A DNA stretch of 36,063 nucleotides from a virus. Taxonomy: Duplodnaviria > Caudoviricetes. The stretch's first letter is position 1; each line of letters starts with the position of its first letter. This document shows, one piece after another, positions 17,124-27,304 of this stretch. Below the pieces are notes generated by a model. That model worked only from the letters and a program-made list of their open reading frames with translations, did no database searches and was not told the DNA's origin. Position numbers and translations under genes: made by a program. The DNA is taken from IMG/VR virus record IMGVR_UViG_3300035135_000885, positions 1 to 36,063 of that record; one strand, written 5' to 3'.

Positions 17124-17426
17124 ATGGCACTTTGGGGAAAAACCGACACATTAGCAGATGTTCCAAAATGGTTGGAAGACGACGCTAATAACACAAACAA
17201 ATCAAACGATCGCGATAACGCGGTATTCGTTGACCTTACAGAAGCTGGTGTTGCAGCTAACCGTGCAAAAGGTTTGACAGGTCCAGGCTGGTGGTTGTAC
17301 CATACATCAAATGGCCGCCACTATGCAGAATGCCTAGTACCAATGAAAGTAACTGCACTTGCTGCAGGCGACGATGGTGTAACAGGCGATACAGCGGTTG
17401 AAGATGCAATCGTAGCGGACAGTTAA
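17124..17426 (+). CDS. Putative virion structural protein
   Basis: MALWGKTD start and GLTGPGWWLY...ECLV motif typical of small T4-like virion proteins; AAGGAG SD. Confidence 0.65.
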   Translation: MALWGKTDTLADVPKWLEDDANNTNKSNDRDNAVFVDLTEAGVAANRAKGLTGPGWWLYHTSNGRHYAECLVPMKVTALAAGDDGVTGDTAVEDAIVADS

Positions 17427-17442
17427 TACTGGTTAATATAAT

Positions 17443-17817
17443 ATGAAATTGACAGAATCAACCTTTCTGTTATTTGCCGCAAAATATTATGATAACCCTC
17501 AGTGTTCTGATACGTCAGAATTTGAAGAAGATTTAAAGAGGTTTCAATATTTGCGCAAATTGTTTGGAAGATATAGACAAGATAATGATTTAAAAGAAAG
17601 GTTGATTCTAAACCACTTGATAATCATATATAACGTATTTGGCTCATCTGCCACTAATATGTTATTCATGAAGTTACATGAGTACCACGAATATCTTAAA
17701 CCTTTCGTCGTATACTTAAACTTTATGCCACAAATTATTGAATATGAAGATATAATGATTCACAAAGATAATATCGTTTCAGATATGACAATTAAACAAA
17801 AGCTTAAGGGAATATGA
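17443..17817 (+). CDS. Conserved T4-like hypothetical protein
   Basis: FAAKYYDNPQC..EFEEDLKRFQYLRKL...ERLILNHLIIIYNVFG. Confidence 0.85.
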   Translation: MKLTESTFLLFAAKYYDNPQCSDTSEFEEDLKRFQYLRKLFGRYRQDNDLKERLILNHLIIIYNVFGSSATNMLFMKLHEYHEYLKPFVVYLNFMPQIIEYEDIMIHKDNIVSDMTIKQKLKGI

Positions 17818-17821
17818 TCGG

Positions 17822-18847
17822 ATGATCGTTGACTTATTTTTAGTATATCAGTTTGTTCGTCGCCTTGCAACTCCATTTAACAAATGGGATGCTTATAAAG
17901 AAGGTATCATTGACGAAAAAGGTAAAGTCTTAATCAAAAGAAAAGATTTTACAAAAGCCTCGCAACGAAAGGCGTGGGGTATATATGATATTATGATTGC
18001 TAATATTAAAAAGCTAATGGCTAAAGTTCCTGGAGGTAGTTCTCGCCTTGCTTCATATGCAGCTGCCTTGTTTCTAATTAAAGAATACAAAGCATTTACT
18101 CCTGATTCATTAATTACTGAAGATATGGATGAAGAGGATTTGGAAAAAACTTTAACTGAATTTTCTAATAGATATAATCATTATACCATGCTTGTTGAAA
18201 ATGTCAATGGAAATTTAGAAGAAAAGTTAAAAGCAACTGATGATATGGGAGATTGGATTGACGACTTCCAAAAATCAGACGCACCTCAATTCAAAGGCAA
18301 GTCAAAAGAAAAACGTCGTCAAATGGCAATTGCTGCTAAGTACGGTGCAGAACGTGATGCAGGTATGAGAGAGAATACTTTACACCGTATGAAACTTATT
18401 AATAAGATTAAGAAATCAGGTGTTGTAAAATCAGGCTCAATGTCTAAAGATAAAAAAGTTGACACAAAACCTGCACTCAAAGAAGCCGCGGCGGTTCGTT
18501 GGAAAAAAGCTGGACCAAATGGCGAAATACAAGCTACTATTGGCGGAAACAAATATCAAATTGAAAAATCTTTAGATCATAACGAACGCCACAAAGGTGA
18601 GTGGAAAGTTATGGTTTGGGATAAACGTAGAAGCAATTGGGAATGGGAAACAACTGAATACGGCAAAGCCAATGCTAAGGCATGGATTATGGATAGACTA
18701 AAAGAAGACGCGCCGACAAATAACGTCAGTGGTGGTAACATTGCGGGTATGGATGGTGGTGCGTTGTCAAAGGCTGCTCAAAAGAAATGGGCTTCGGGAA
18801 ATAAATCAAAAAAGGTTAAAAAATTCAAAGATATGATGGGAGATTAA
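17822..18847 (+). CDS. Conserved T4-like protein with appended modules
   Basis: N-domain YQFVRRLATPFNKWDAYKEGIIDEKG; later modules start after LEE, MRE, LKE and LKE (e.g. DFQKSDAPQFKGKSKEKRRQMAIAA; EDAPTNNV). Confidence 0.8.
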   Translation: MIVDLFLVYQFVRRLATPFNKWDAYKEGIIDEKGKVLIKRKDFTKASQRKAWGIYDIMIANIKKLMAKVPGGSSRLASYAAALFLIKEYKAFTPDSLITEDMDEEDLEKTLTEFSNRYNHYTMLVENVNGNLEEKLKATDDMGDWIDDFQKSDAPQFKGKSKEKRRQMAIAAKYGAERDAGMRENTLHRMKLINKIKKSGVVKSGSMSKDKKVDTKPALKEAAAVRWKKAGPNGEIQATIGGNKYQIEKSLDHNERHKGEWKVMVWDKRRSNWEWETTEYGKANAKAWIMDRLKEDAPTNNVSGGNIAGMDGGALSKAAQKKWASGNKSKKVKKFKDMMGD

Positions 18848-18848
18848 T

Positions 18849-19700
18849 ATGTTAACCCTTGAACAATTTAGTGCAATGATTAAAAAGAATAAGAACGCTG
18901 AAGAATGGTACGAAGCAGCTGTTCCTTTATTTGAAAAATATGAAATTAATACACCAAATCGTATTGCAGGTTTTATGGCTCAATGTGCTCACGAGTCAGC
19001 GGATTTTACAAAATTGGAAGAAAACCTTAATTACAGCGAAAAGGCATTGAACTCGGTGTTTGGTCGTTATTTTGGAGCTGGGAAAAGAGATGCTAAAGAT
19101 TATGCGCGCAAGCCTGAAAAAATTGCAAACTATGTTTACCAAGATGAATTCAGAAGTAAGCGAGGAGCAATGGGTAATGTTAACGACGGCGATGGGTGGC
19201 GGTTTAGGGGCCGCGGAATCAAGCAGCTTACTGGCCGCAACAATTACACAGCGTTTGGCAAAACAGTCGGAATGTCAGCAGAAGAAGCGGCAGAATACGT
19301 AGCAACACCAAAAGGTGCTATTGAGTCAGCTTGCTGGTTTTGGGCTACAAACAAACTTGAAAAATGGGCTGATAAAGGTGACAATGTTGGTTTAACTAAA
19401 AAGATTAATGGCGGCACCATCGGATTAGATGATCGCAATAAAAGATGGGAAGCTGCACTTAAGATTATGGGTGGTGAAATACCAAAAGCAGCGCCTGCTG
19501 CAAAATCATCAGGGGTTCGTACTCTACGTAAAGGTATGAAAGGCGATGATGTTAAGAAAATGCAAAAAGCTCTCGGTATTGCAGCTGATGGAGATTTTGG
19601 ATTTGGAACTTTAACCGCTGTTAAAAAATGGCAAAAATTAAATGGTTTGGTTGCTGACGGCATTGTTGGTCCTGCAACCCAGGCAAAATTGTTTGGATAA
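18849..19700 (+). CDS. Endolysin: GH19 lysozyme-like domain plus C-terminal peptidoglycan-binding domain
   Basis: FMAQCAHES, ENLNYS, GDGWRFRGRGIKQLTGRNNY, TKKINGG; LRKGMKGDDVKKMQ...DGIVGPAT. Confidence 0.93.
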   Translation: MLTLEQFSAMIKKNKNAEEWYEAAVPLFEKYEINTPNRIAGFMAQCAHESADFTKLEENLNYSEKALNSVFGRYFGAGKRDAKDYARKPEKIANYVYQDEFRSKRGAMGNVNDGDGWRFRGRGIKQLTGRNNYTAFGKTVGMSAEEAAEYVATPKGAIESACWFWATNKLEKWADKGDNVGLTKKINGGTIGLDDRNKRWEAALKIMGGEIPKAAPAAKSSGVRTLRKGMKGDDVKKMQKALGIAADGDFGFGTLTAVKKWQKLNGLVADGIVGPATQAKLFG

Positions 19701-19738
19701 TAAATAATAGTATTCCAGACGAAACAAAGGAGATTAAT

Positions 19739-19948
19739 ATGTCTTTAGAAAAAATCGTACAAGCGTCTGTTGAGGGTAAACCACTTGACATGAAAGAGGC
19801 TTTCGAAGAAGAAATTAACAAACGTGTTCTCGCAGCTCTTGAAGAAAAAGCTATGAAAATGGCAATGAAAGAAGCTGACGAAGATGAAGACGAAGATGAT
19901 GAAGAGGACGAAGACGAGGATGATGATGAAGATGAGGACGAGGAGTAA
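19739..19948 (+). CDS. Acidic small protein resembling prohead core protein gp67
   Basis: About 45-aa helical region plus a pure Asp/Glu tail, same size and layout as T4 gp67; AAGGAG SD; AATAAATA at 19699. Confidence 0.55.
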   Translation: MSLEKIVQASVEGKPLDMKEAFEEEINKRVLAALEEKAMKMAMKEADEDEDEDDEEDEDEDDDEDEDEE

Positions 19949-19965
19949 ATCCTTGATTACTAGCT

Positions 19966-20415
19966 ATGGCTAGACTTTATCTTTTCATTATTGTAATTGG
20001 AATTATTGGCGGTGTTGGTTATTCGGCAAAATCATATTACGAATGGTCACAAGAAACAATCGCCACTCTGCGTTCAAACAACATCCAATTAGAGTCTGCA
20101 GCTGAGACACTACAAAATACAGTAGATCAAATGGCTGCAGACGCTGAACGCAATGAACAGCTCAATCAAAATCTTACAAGACAATTGGCGGAAAGTCGTG
20201 AATACTTAGATGGTTTACGACAAAAGTTCGCACGTATAGATTTGACAATGGAAGCTTTGACGAACCCAACAGATTTAGAAGAAAGAGTTGATAATGCAGT
20301 ACAAGATCTTATCAATGAGATCGCTAAGGATACCACTCCTCCTGGTGAGCTCGATGATACTGCTGACGGGTTGCCTGGGGAGGACACCGGAACCGACAGT
20401 AGTAACGCAAACTGA
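19966..20415 (+). CDS. Inner-membrane spanin (Rz-like)
   Basis: N-terminal TM segment plus long coiled coil; its 3' end overlaps a lipoprotein gene; near the endolysin. Confidence 0.8.
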   Translation: MARLYLFIIVIGIIGGVGYSAKSYYEWSQETIATLRSNNIQLESAAETLQNTVDQMAADAERNEQLNQNLTRQLAESREYLDGLRQKFARIDLTMEALTNPTDLEERVDNAVQDLINEIAKDTTPPGELDDTADGLPGEDTGTDSSNAN

Positions 20416-20671
20416 ATACGTAAACAAAAAGATACCTATTCAGGAAAGACCGTCAAAGGTGCAATTTCCGCCTGTTGACTGGATGGTTATTACTGAAGAA
20501 AATCTTGAAGAACAAATGCAAAAGTTAAAAGATGAGACAGGAAGTTTCGTTGTGTTTGGTATCAATGCAAAAGGATATGAAAATTTAGCAATTGGTATCG
20601 GTGATTTAAGAAGATACATTAACGAACAAAAATCTATTATTGTATATTACGAGAATGCTATAAAAGAATAA
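20315..20671 (+). CDS. Outer-membrane spanin lipoprotein (Rz1-like)
   Basis: MRSLRIPLLLVSSMILLTGC lipobox and Pro-rich linker; overlaps the i-spanin by 101 nt in another frame. Confidence 0.8.
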   Translation: MRSLRIPLLLVSSMILLTGCLGRTPEPTVVTQTEYVNKKIPIQERPSKVQFPPVDWMVITEENLEEQMQKLKDETGSFVVFGINAKGYENLAIGIGDLRRYINEQKSIIVYYENAIKE

Positions 20672-20708
20672 ATAGTATTAAATAAACATATATCTGTGAA
20701 AAATTTAG

Positions 20709-20734
20709 AGCCTGCGAATTCGTGGGCTTTTTTT
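20709..20734 (+). terminator. Rho-independent terminator
   Basis: AGCCTGCG-AATT-CGTGGGCT stem (two GU pairs) followed by a T run, downstream of the spanins. Confidence 0.75.
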
Positions 20735-20751
20735 CAATAGAGGACAAGAAA

Positions 20752-21240
20752 GTGTCGAACGGTAATTGGGAAACAGATATCGCCTTAATTAAGGCGGATA
20801 TCAAACAGATTCAAAAGTTCTTTGGTAAAACAGAAACTGCCATTGATACAATGCTTGAACTCTCAAAAAATGTTGCAGTTCAACAAGAAGTGTTGTATAA
20901 TACAAGGAAACAACTAGAGGACACTGAAAAGCTAATCGAAGAAACAAAAAAAACCGAAGAACTTCGGATGAATGTTTTATCAGATAGGCTAGAAGAATAC
21001 AGAAGAATGGCACGAGAAGATCATCAAAGATTAGCAGAACACAATGCAGAAAAAAGGTCGTCATCAAACAAAGAAATTTTAGAAAAATTAGACGCGATGG
21101 AAAGAAGCTTGCACAATCGCATTAATGAACAATCAAAAAGAATTAACGCACTTGAAAATTGGAGATATTATATGATGGGTGTTGGAGCTATCTTAACATT
21201 TATATTCGTAAAAATCAATTGGCCATCATTATTTAATTGA
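20752..21240 (+). CDS. Coiled-coil protein with C-terminal transmembrane helix
   Basis: GAGGA SD before GTG 20752; heptad-rich body; LENWRYYMMGVGAILTFIFV tail. Confidence 0.75.
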   Translation: MSNGNWETDIALIKADIKQIQKFFGKTETAIDTMLELSKNVAVQQEVLYNTRKQLEDTEKLIEETKKTEELRMNVLSDRLEEYRRMAREDHQRLAEHNAEKRSSSNKEILEKLDAMERSLHNRINEQSKRINALENWRYYMMGVGAILTFIFVKINWPSLFN

Positions 21241-21265
21241 CATTTATGCCCGATCCAATTATAAT
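21237..21265 (+). promoter_or_regulatory. Consensus sigma70 promoter for primase-thyX
   Basis: TTGACA (21237-21242), 17-nt spacer, TATAAT (21260-21265). Confidence 0.85.
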
Positions 21266-21296
21266 CTAAAAATACGAAACAATTGAGCTTTATATT

Positions 21297-22307
21297 ATGG
21301 TTGACTTTACAGAGCTGAAATATGCACAGATGCTGTCCGGGCGTCTTGAGAATTTCAGAATCAAGAATACTAATCCTTACAAAATTAATTTTAGGTGTCC
21401 GCTTTGCGGTGACTCACAAAAGTCCCGTTCTAAGGCCCGTGGATGGTTACTTGAGTCAAAGAATACCTTTCATTACTATTGTCATAATTGTGGCTCTAGT
21501 CAAGGCTTTAGCTTCTTCCTCCGAGGCATTGATAGCCTATTATATAAAGACTTTGTTGCAGAGCGTTTTATTGCGAATACCGACGTAAAAGAAGAAACTA
21601 CTTCTGACGATCAATTTAAAACAAATGCACCCAAATTCAATAAACAAAATCCTTTACGTAAAATCAAAAAGATTAGTCAACTTAAACATGACCATGCTGT
21701 AAAGAGATATATACAAAGGAGACAAATTCCACCACAACATCACTATCGTTTATATTATGCGCAAAAGTTTAAGACTTGGATCAATGAAATTATTCCTAAT
21801 AAGTTTCAGAATGTAGGCAAAGATGAGCCGCGTTTAGTTATTCCATTTCTTGACGCAAATGGTAATTGTTTTGGAGTATCCGCTCGAGGCTTTGACCCAA
21901 ACGGTATTCGTTATATTACGATTATGTTTGAAGATAGGCCAAAGATATTTGGTTTAGATAAAGTTGACTTTAATGAACCTTATCATATTGTAGAAGGTGC
22001 AATTGATAGTTTCTTTCTTCAAAACGCAGTTGCAATGGCAGGTGCTGAAGGTACCACAAAAGGCGTTGAGAACCTTGATAATGCGGTATTTGTATTTGAT
22101 GCAGAACCACGTAATAAAGAAATCCATAAGCGTATGGAAAAGGTTATTAAAGCCGGATACAACATTTGCATATGGCCTGACGATGTACCAGGAAAAGATA
22201 TAAATGAAATGTTTTTGGCGGGATCGGATCCTGAACGAATAATTGAAGAAAATACTTATAACGGTTTACAAGCCGAACTTAAATTTAGACAATGGCGTAA
22301 AGCATAA
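21297..22307 (+). CDS. gp61: DNA primase gp61
   Basis: Zn finger RCPLCGDS...YYCHNCG; TOPRIM IVEGAIDS and VFDAEPRN; KDINEM. Confidence 0.95.
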   Translation: MVDFTELKYAQMLSGRLENFRIKNTNPYKINFRCPLCGDSQKSRSKARGWLLESKNTFHYYCHNCGSSQGFSFFLRGIDSLLYKDFVAERFIANTDVKEETTSDDQFKTNAPKFNKQNPLRKIKKISQLKHDHAVKRYIQRRQIPPQHHYRLYYAQKFKTWINEIIPNKFQNVGKDEPRLVIPFLDANGNCFGVSARGFDPNGIRYITIMFEDRPKIFGLDKVDFNEPYHIVEGAIDSFFLQNAVAMAGAEGTTKGVENLDNAVFVFDAEPRNKEIHKRMEKVIKAGYNICIWPDDVPGKDINEMFLAGSDPERIIEENTYNGLQAELKFRQWRKA

Positions 22308-22319
22308 GGAGAAAACAAA

Positions 22320-22985
22320 TTGCATGCACGACTTATCTCGTATTCCCAACCACCTGCAGACGCATTCATTGGTATCAACACACCAGAGGATCTCATCGCG
22401 TATTCAGCCCGTGTCTCGAACCCAGCCAACCAAATTAACAAAGAGACAGCTCCAAAGCTACTTGCTTACCTCATTAAGCACAAGCACTGGTCACCATTTG
22501 AAATGGCATCAGCCTGTATCGAAATTGAAACAACTAGAGACATCGCTAGACAATTCCTCAGGCACCGTTCGTTTTCCTTTCAAGAGTTTTCTCAGCGGTA
22601 TGCTGACATCCGCGATCTTGATGACAATTTTGTTATAAGAGAAGCTCGACTGCAGGATACAAAGAATCGTCAAAACAGTATTGAAAATGACGATATGGCA
22701 TTAGAGGATGAATGGGCAAATAAACAAATGGCAGTTATTGAAACTGCAAAGATGGCGTATAATTGGGCTATTGAAAATGGTATTGCTAAAGAACAAGCAA
22801 GAGCCGTTTTGCCAGAAGGAAACACAGTTTCACGTCTATATGCCAACGGTACTATTCGCAGTTGGCTTCATTATGTTGAACTGCGTTCAGCAAATGGAAC
22901 ACAAAAGGAACATATGGAATTAGCTGTTGCAATCGCTCAAGCTATATCCAAAATATTTCCAACTATCAACAATTTTATTCAGTAA
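22320..22985 (+). CDS. thyX: Flavin-dependent thymidylate synthase
   Basis: HWSPFE, RHRSFSFQEFSQRY ThyX motif, EQARAVLP; TTG start with AAGGAG SD. Confidence 0.96.
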   Translation: MHARLISYSQPPADAFIGINTPEDLIAYSARVSNPANQINKETAPKLLAYLIKHKHWSPFEMASACIEIETTRDIARQFLRHRSFSFQEFSQRYADIRDLDDNFVIREARLQDTKNRQNSIENDDMALEDEWANKQMAVIETAKMAYNWAIENGIAKEQARAVLPEGNTVSRLYANGTIRSWLHYVELRSANGTQKEHMELAVAIAQAISKIFPTINNFIQ

Positions 22986-23019
22986 AACACTTTTAACGCA
23001 ATGACCGACTTAATAAATA

Positions 23020-23076
23020 AATCTACATATTGTCACAATTTGACAGATATAGAATCAGCCATACAATATATGCCAT
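23020..23076 (+). promoter_or_regulatory. Sigma70 promoter with candidate tandem NrdR boxes upstream of nrdB
   Basis: TTGACA (23040-23045), 16 nt, TACAAT (23062-23067). Box 1 AATCTACATATTGTCA (23020-23035) and weaker box 2 ATACAATATATGCCAT (23061-23076) resemble acaCwAtATaTwGtgt. Confidence 0.55.
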
Positions 23077-23127
23077 GTTAGTTAACTTGGTAAAAAAGTT
23101 GTGTACTTTTAAACGAAAGGAACCAAT

Positions 23128-24444
23128 ATGCTTATGCAACCAATCTCCGAAAAGCAAACTTATACGAATGGGAAGACAACTATGATTGAGCCGCCCAAGA
23201 CTGTAAATTATGTAACTAAGAGAGATGGAACCACCCGTGATTACGATGTTTCAAAAATCATGGCCGCCGTTGCAAACGCAATGAAAGGTGTTGGAATTCG
23301 TAGTAAAAACCTGCCATCAGAAATTGCTTCTGAAGTTACTGATACAATCAATTTAGAAGCAGCAGACGTTATTGTTTCAGTTGATACAATTCACAAGACA
23401 GTTGAAAACGTCATTATGGATATGGGTTTACACGATTTGGCTCGAGAGTATATCTTATATCGTTATAACAATCAGCCAAACATTTTCCGCAAAAGAACAA
23501 ACTTAAAACCGTATGAGTATCCTCAAGTAGTTGAGTTTACTGATGCTATTCGCCATTCATATTGGGTTCATACAGAATTTAATTATTCTTCTGATATTCA
23601 AGATATGAAAGTCCGTATGACACCTGAAGAAGTTGATATTGTAAAGAAAGCAATGTTGGCTATTTCTCAGATTGAAGTTGCGGTTAAAACGTTTTGGGCA
23701 AAAATTGGTGATAAGTTTCCAAAACCTGAAATACAAGCTGTTGGTGTAACCTTTGGCGAGTCTGAAGTTCGTCACGCCGATGCTTATTCAAATCTTATTG
23801 AGATTATGGGTTTAAACTCAGAATTTGAGAAAATCGTTGAAGTTCCTGCTATGAAAAAGCGTATTGCTTATCTTGAGCAATCAATTGCACAACCTGTAGA
23901 CGATAAAGACTATTTCCATAAAATCATTTTATTCTCAATGTTTGTTGAGAACGTATCACTGTTTAGTCAATTCTTAATTATGATGGCATTTAATAAACAC
24001 AAGAACGTACTTAAAGGTATTTCTAACGCCGTTGAGGCAACATCTAAAGAAGAAGACATTCATGCTCGTTTCGGATTTGAGCTTGTAAATATTATCCGAG
24101 AAGAAAACCCTGAGTGGTTTGATAAAGACACAATAAATGAAGTGAACAGACTTTGCCGTGAAGCCTTTAAGGCTGAGTCTTCAATCGTTGATTGGATCTA
24201 TGGTGATTCAGATCTTGACTTTTTGCCAAAAGCAACTGTTAAAGAATTCCTAAAACATCGTTTCAATCAATCATTGACAGCTATAGATATGAAGCCCCTC
24301 TACGAAGTAGATCAAGAAGCGGTGCAAAGTACCGATTGGTTTGTTGAAGAAATTTTGAGCACAAAGAATATTGACTTCTTTGTCAAACGTAGTACTGCAT
24401 ATTCTAAAAAGACCAAAGCTTTCACAGAAGACGATCTATTTTAA
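23128..24444 (+). CDS. nrdB: Class I ribonucleotide reductase beta subunit with N-terminal ATP cone (class Id-like)
   Basis: ATP cone VTKRDGTTRDYDVSKI...IHKTVE..YILYR; metal-site motifs IEVAVKTFW, ESEVRHADAY, VENVSLFSQF, EEDIH. Alternative start ATG 23182. Confidence 0.93.
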   Translation: MLMQPISEKQTYTNGKTTMIEPPKTVNYVTKRDGTTRDYDVSKIMAAVANAMKGVGIRSKNLPSEIASEVTDTINLEAADVIVSVDTIHKTVENVIMDMGLHDLAREYILYRYNNQPNIFRKRTNLKPYEYPQVVEFTDAIRHSYWVHTEFNYSSDIQDMKVRMTPEEVDIVKKAMLAISQIEVAVKTFWAKIGDKFPKPEIQAVGVTFGESEVRHADAYSNLIEIMGLNSEFEKIVEVPAMKKRIAYLEQSIAQPVDDKDYFHKIILFSMFVENVSLFSQFLIMMAFNKHKNVLKGISNAVEATSKEEDIHARFGFELVNIIREENPEWFDKDTINEVNRLCREAFKAESSIVDWIYGDSDLDFLPKATVKEFLKHRFNQSLTAIDMKPLYEVDQEAVQSTDWFVEEILSTKNIDFFVKRSTAYSKKTKAFTEDDLF

Positions 24445-24453
24445 GAGGAAAAC

Positions 24454-26109
24454 ATGGAAAAATATTATTGGCTAAACGAAGACTCTCGGACATTTTTGTC
24501 TCGAGGATATCTTAAAGAAGGACAAACACCAGAGGAACGTATTCGTGAGATTGCCGAAAAGGCAGAAGAATACCTTGACCATCCAGGATTTGCAGATAAA
24601 TTTGAAGATTATATGAGTAAAGGTTATTACTCGCTTGCTTCTCCTGTTTGGGCAAATTATGGTAAAGATCGTGGTTTGCCTGTATCTTGTTTTGGATCTT
24701 ATATTGATGATAGCATGCAAGCCATTTTATTCAGCCATGCTGAAAATGGTATGCTTATGAAAAACGGCGGTGGTACATCAGGTTATTTTGGTGCTTTACG
24801 TCCTCGCGGCGCGCCTATTAAAGATGCAGGAGAATCTTCAGGATCGGTACACTTTATGCAAATGTATGATACCCTTGCATCAGTTGTATCACAGGGTTCT
24901 GTACGTCGTGGTTTCTTTGCAGGTTATCAAGATATTGAACACCCTGATGCAGACGAATTTCTTGACATTGGTACGGAAGGAAATCCTATTCAAGGACTAA
25001 CAACTGGGATTACTGTTTCTGACAAATTTATTGAAGATATGAAAGCCGGTGATGCAGAGAAAAGACGTCTATGGGCAAAGGTATTACAACGTCGTTCTGA
25101 AATTGGTTTCCCATATATTCTTTATGGTGATAACGTAAATAACGCAAGACCACAGGTATATAAAGATAAAGACAAAAAGATTTTTGCTTCAAATATGTGT
25201 GCTGAAATTGCATTGCCTTCATCTCACGAAGAAACGTTTACTTGTGTACTATCTTCTATTAATTTGTTGCATTGGGATGAGATTATTGATACCGATGCAA
25301 TTGAAACAATGACTTATTTTCTTGATACCGTTTGTGAAGAATTTATTCGTAAAACTGAAGGACAAATCTATTTAAAACGAGCCCGTGATTTTGCAATGAA
25401 CCATCGTGCTTTGGGTGCTGGTGTATTAGGTTGGCATTCTTATTTACAATCAAAAATGATTGGGTTTGAGTCAGCAGAAGCTGCAAAGAAAAATCTTGAG
25501 ATTGCACAAACATTACGTGAAAGAACTCATAAAGCATCCGCTGAATTGGCTGATAAGTTTGGCGAACCAGAATTGCTTAAAGGTTATGGAATGCGTAATA
25601 CAACAACAATGGCTATCGCACCAACAAAATCATCAAGCTTTATCCTTGGTCAAGTATCACAATCAATTGAACCTGAGTTTAGCAATTGCTATGTTAAAGA
25701 TTTGGCTAAAATGAAAGTTACAATTAAAAATCCATATTTGAAAAAGCTATTACAAGAAAAAGGCGAAGACAAACCCGAGGTATGGGACTCAATTAAAAAT
25801 CGTGACGGTTCAGTACAGCATCTTGATTTTCTTACACAAGAAGAAAAAGATGTATTTAAAACTTTCTCTGAAATTAATCCAACAACTATTATTGACCAGG
25901 CATCCATTCGCCAAGAATATATAGATCAGGGACAAAGTTTAAATCTTATGCTTGATCCTGATATGACAGTGAAAGAAATCAATCAATTGTACTTATATGC
26001 TTGGGAAATGGGAATTAAGAGTTTGTATTATAGTTATTCTATGTCAGCTGCTCAATCTTTAACTCGTAAGCGTGTAATGTCAACGGAGTGTGCAGCCTGC
26101 GAAGCATGA
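24454..26109 (+). CDS. nrdA: Class I ribonucleotide reductase alpha subunit without ATP cone
   Basis: PVSCF, SNMCAE, TCVLSS, APTKSSS, KSLYY, C-terminal CAACEA; only 551 aa. Confidence 0.95.
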   Translation: MEKYYWLNEDSRTFLSRGYLKEGQTPEERIREIAEKAEEYLDHPGFADKFEDYMSKGYYSLASPVWANYGKDRGLPVSCFGSYIDDSMQAILFSHAENGMLMKNGGGTSGYFGALRPRGAPIKDAGESSGSVHFMQMYDTLASVVSQGSVRRGFFAGYQDIEHPDADEFLDIGTEGNPIQGLTTGITVSDKFIEDMKAGDAEKRRLWAKVLQRRSEIGFPYILYGDNVNNARPQVYKDKDKKIFASNMCAEIALPSSHEETFTCVLSSINLLHWDEIIDTDAIETMTYFLDTVCEEFIRKTEGQIYLKRARDFAMNHRALGAGVLGWHSYLQSKMIGFESAEAAKKNLEIAQTLRERTHKASAELADKFGEPELLKGYGMRNTTTMAIAPTKSSSFILGQVSQSIEPEFSNCYVKDLAKMKVTIKNPYLKKLLQEKGEDKPEVWDSIKNRDGSVQHLDFLTQEEKDVFKTFSEINPTTIIDQASIRQEYIDQGQSLNLMLDPDMTVKEINQLYLYAWEMGIKSLYYSYSMSAAQSLTRKRVMSTECAACEA

Positions 26110-26110
26110 T

Positions 26111-27304
26111 ATGAAACATATACATTATTTTGAAAAAACGGTAAATAGTTATAAACAAGACGGTCGTTACAGAGTATTCAACGATATCATTAGGGAAAAA
26201 GGTCAATTCCCAAGAGCAATTTGGTACGGTAAATACGCACCAAAAAATATTGTTAACTGGTGCTCAAACGATTATCTTGGCATGGGTCAAAACCAATATG
26301 TTATTGATGCCATGCATACAGCCCTTGACCAAACTGGCTCAGGTTCTGGCGGTACAAGAAATATCGGCGGAACTTCAGTATTTCACGTAACACTTGAACG
26401 AGAATTAGCAAGCCTTCATAAGAAGGGCGCAGGACTATTGTTCTCAAGTGCTTATGTTGCAAATGAATGGGCAATCATTGCGTTAAGTCGCATCATACCA
26501 AATATCTGTTTTATTTCAGACGATAAAAATCACGCTTCTATAATTATGGGAGTGAAACATTCTCGAGCCGATAAGATTATCTTTAGACACAATGATATGG
26601 AAGATCTTGAAGAAGCTTTAGTAATGGCCGCCTGTAATAATCAAATACCTTGCATTTTATTTGAATCAGTATATAGTATGGATGGAGACGTAGCGCCAAT
26701 TGAACAAATTCTTGACTTGGCCGACAAGTACAACGCTATCACATATATTGATGAGGTACACGCGGTTGGGTTATATGGTAAGACAGGTGCAGGCTATTGT
26801 GAGCACCTGGGTGTTGAAGAGAGGATAGATATTATTAATGGTACACTTGGAAAAGCGTTTGGGGTTCAAGGAGGTTATATTTCTGGCGACCGTATTGTCA
26901 TTGACGCTATTCGGTCCGTGGCTAGTGGGTTCATCTTTACTACAAGTATCTCGCCAACCGTGTGCGCTGGAGCACTCGCAAGTATCAAGTACCTCAGGGA
27001 TCATACTTGGTTGCGAGACGAACACCAAAACCGTGCAATACAATTAAAGAAAATGCTGCAGGATGTTAATATACCAGTTCATCCTAATGCTTGTACCCAT
27101 ATCGTTCCTGTAATGATTAATGATGCGTTTAAATGCAAAGAAGCGTCTGATAGATTATTGAATGAATATGGGATTTACATTCAACCTATTAATAGTCCAA
27201 CTGTTAAAGCTGGTGAAGAAAGGTTGAGAATTGCACCAACGCCATATCATACTGACGTAATGATGGTTGAGTTGGTAGAAGCCTTAAAGGAGGTTTTAAA
27301 ATGA
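26111..27304 (+). CDS. hemA: 5-aminolevulinate synthase (Shemin/C4 pathway)
   Basis: [47 protein letters not shown] Lys in [24 protein letters not shown]. Confidence 0.92.
   Translation: MKHIHYFEKTVNSYKQDGRYRVFNDIIREKGQFPRAIWYGKYAPKNIVNWCSNDYLGMGQNQYVIDAMHTALDQTGSGSGGTRNIGGTSVFHVTLERELASLHKKGAGLLFSSAYVANEWAIIALSRIIPNICFISDDKNHASIIMGVKHSRADKIIFRHNDMEDLEEALVMAACNNQIPCILFESVYSMDGDVAPIEQILDLADKYNAITYIDEVHAVGLYGKTGAGYCEHLGVEERIDIINGTLGKAFGVQGGYISGDRIVIDAIRSVASGFIFTTSISPTVCAGALASIKYLRDHTWLRDEHQNRAIQLKKMLQDVNIPVHPNACTHIVPVMINDAFKCKEASDRLLNEYGIYIQPINSPTVKAGEERLRIAPTPYHTDVMMVELVEALKEVLK

Noticed and set aside
19874-19945. GAY/GAR low-complexity run resembling a microsatellite or repeat array
   Set aside because: It encodes the Asp/Glu tail of the gp67-like protein; there is no repeat-spacer structure.
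3133-26109. Introns, inteins or homing endonucleases in uvsX, gp41, gp61, thyX and nrdAB
   Set aside because: The ORFs are continuous and of normal length. The extra NrdB length is explained by the ATP cone.
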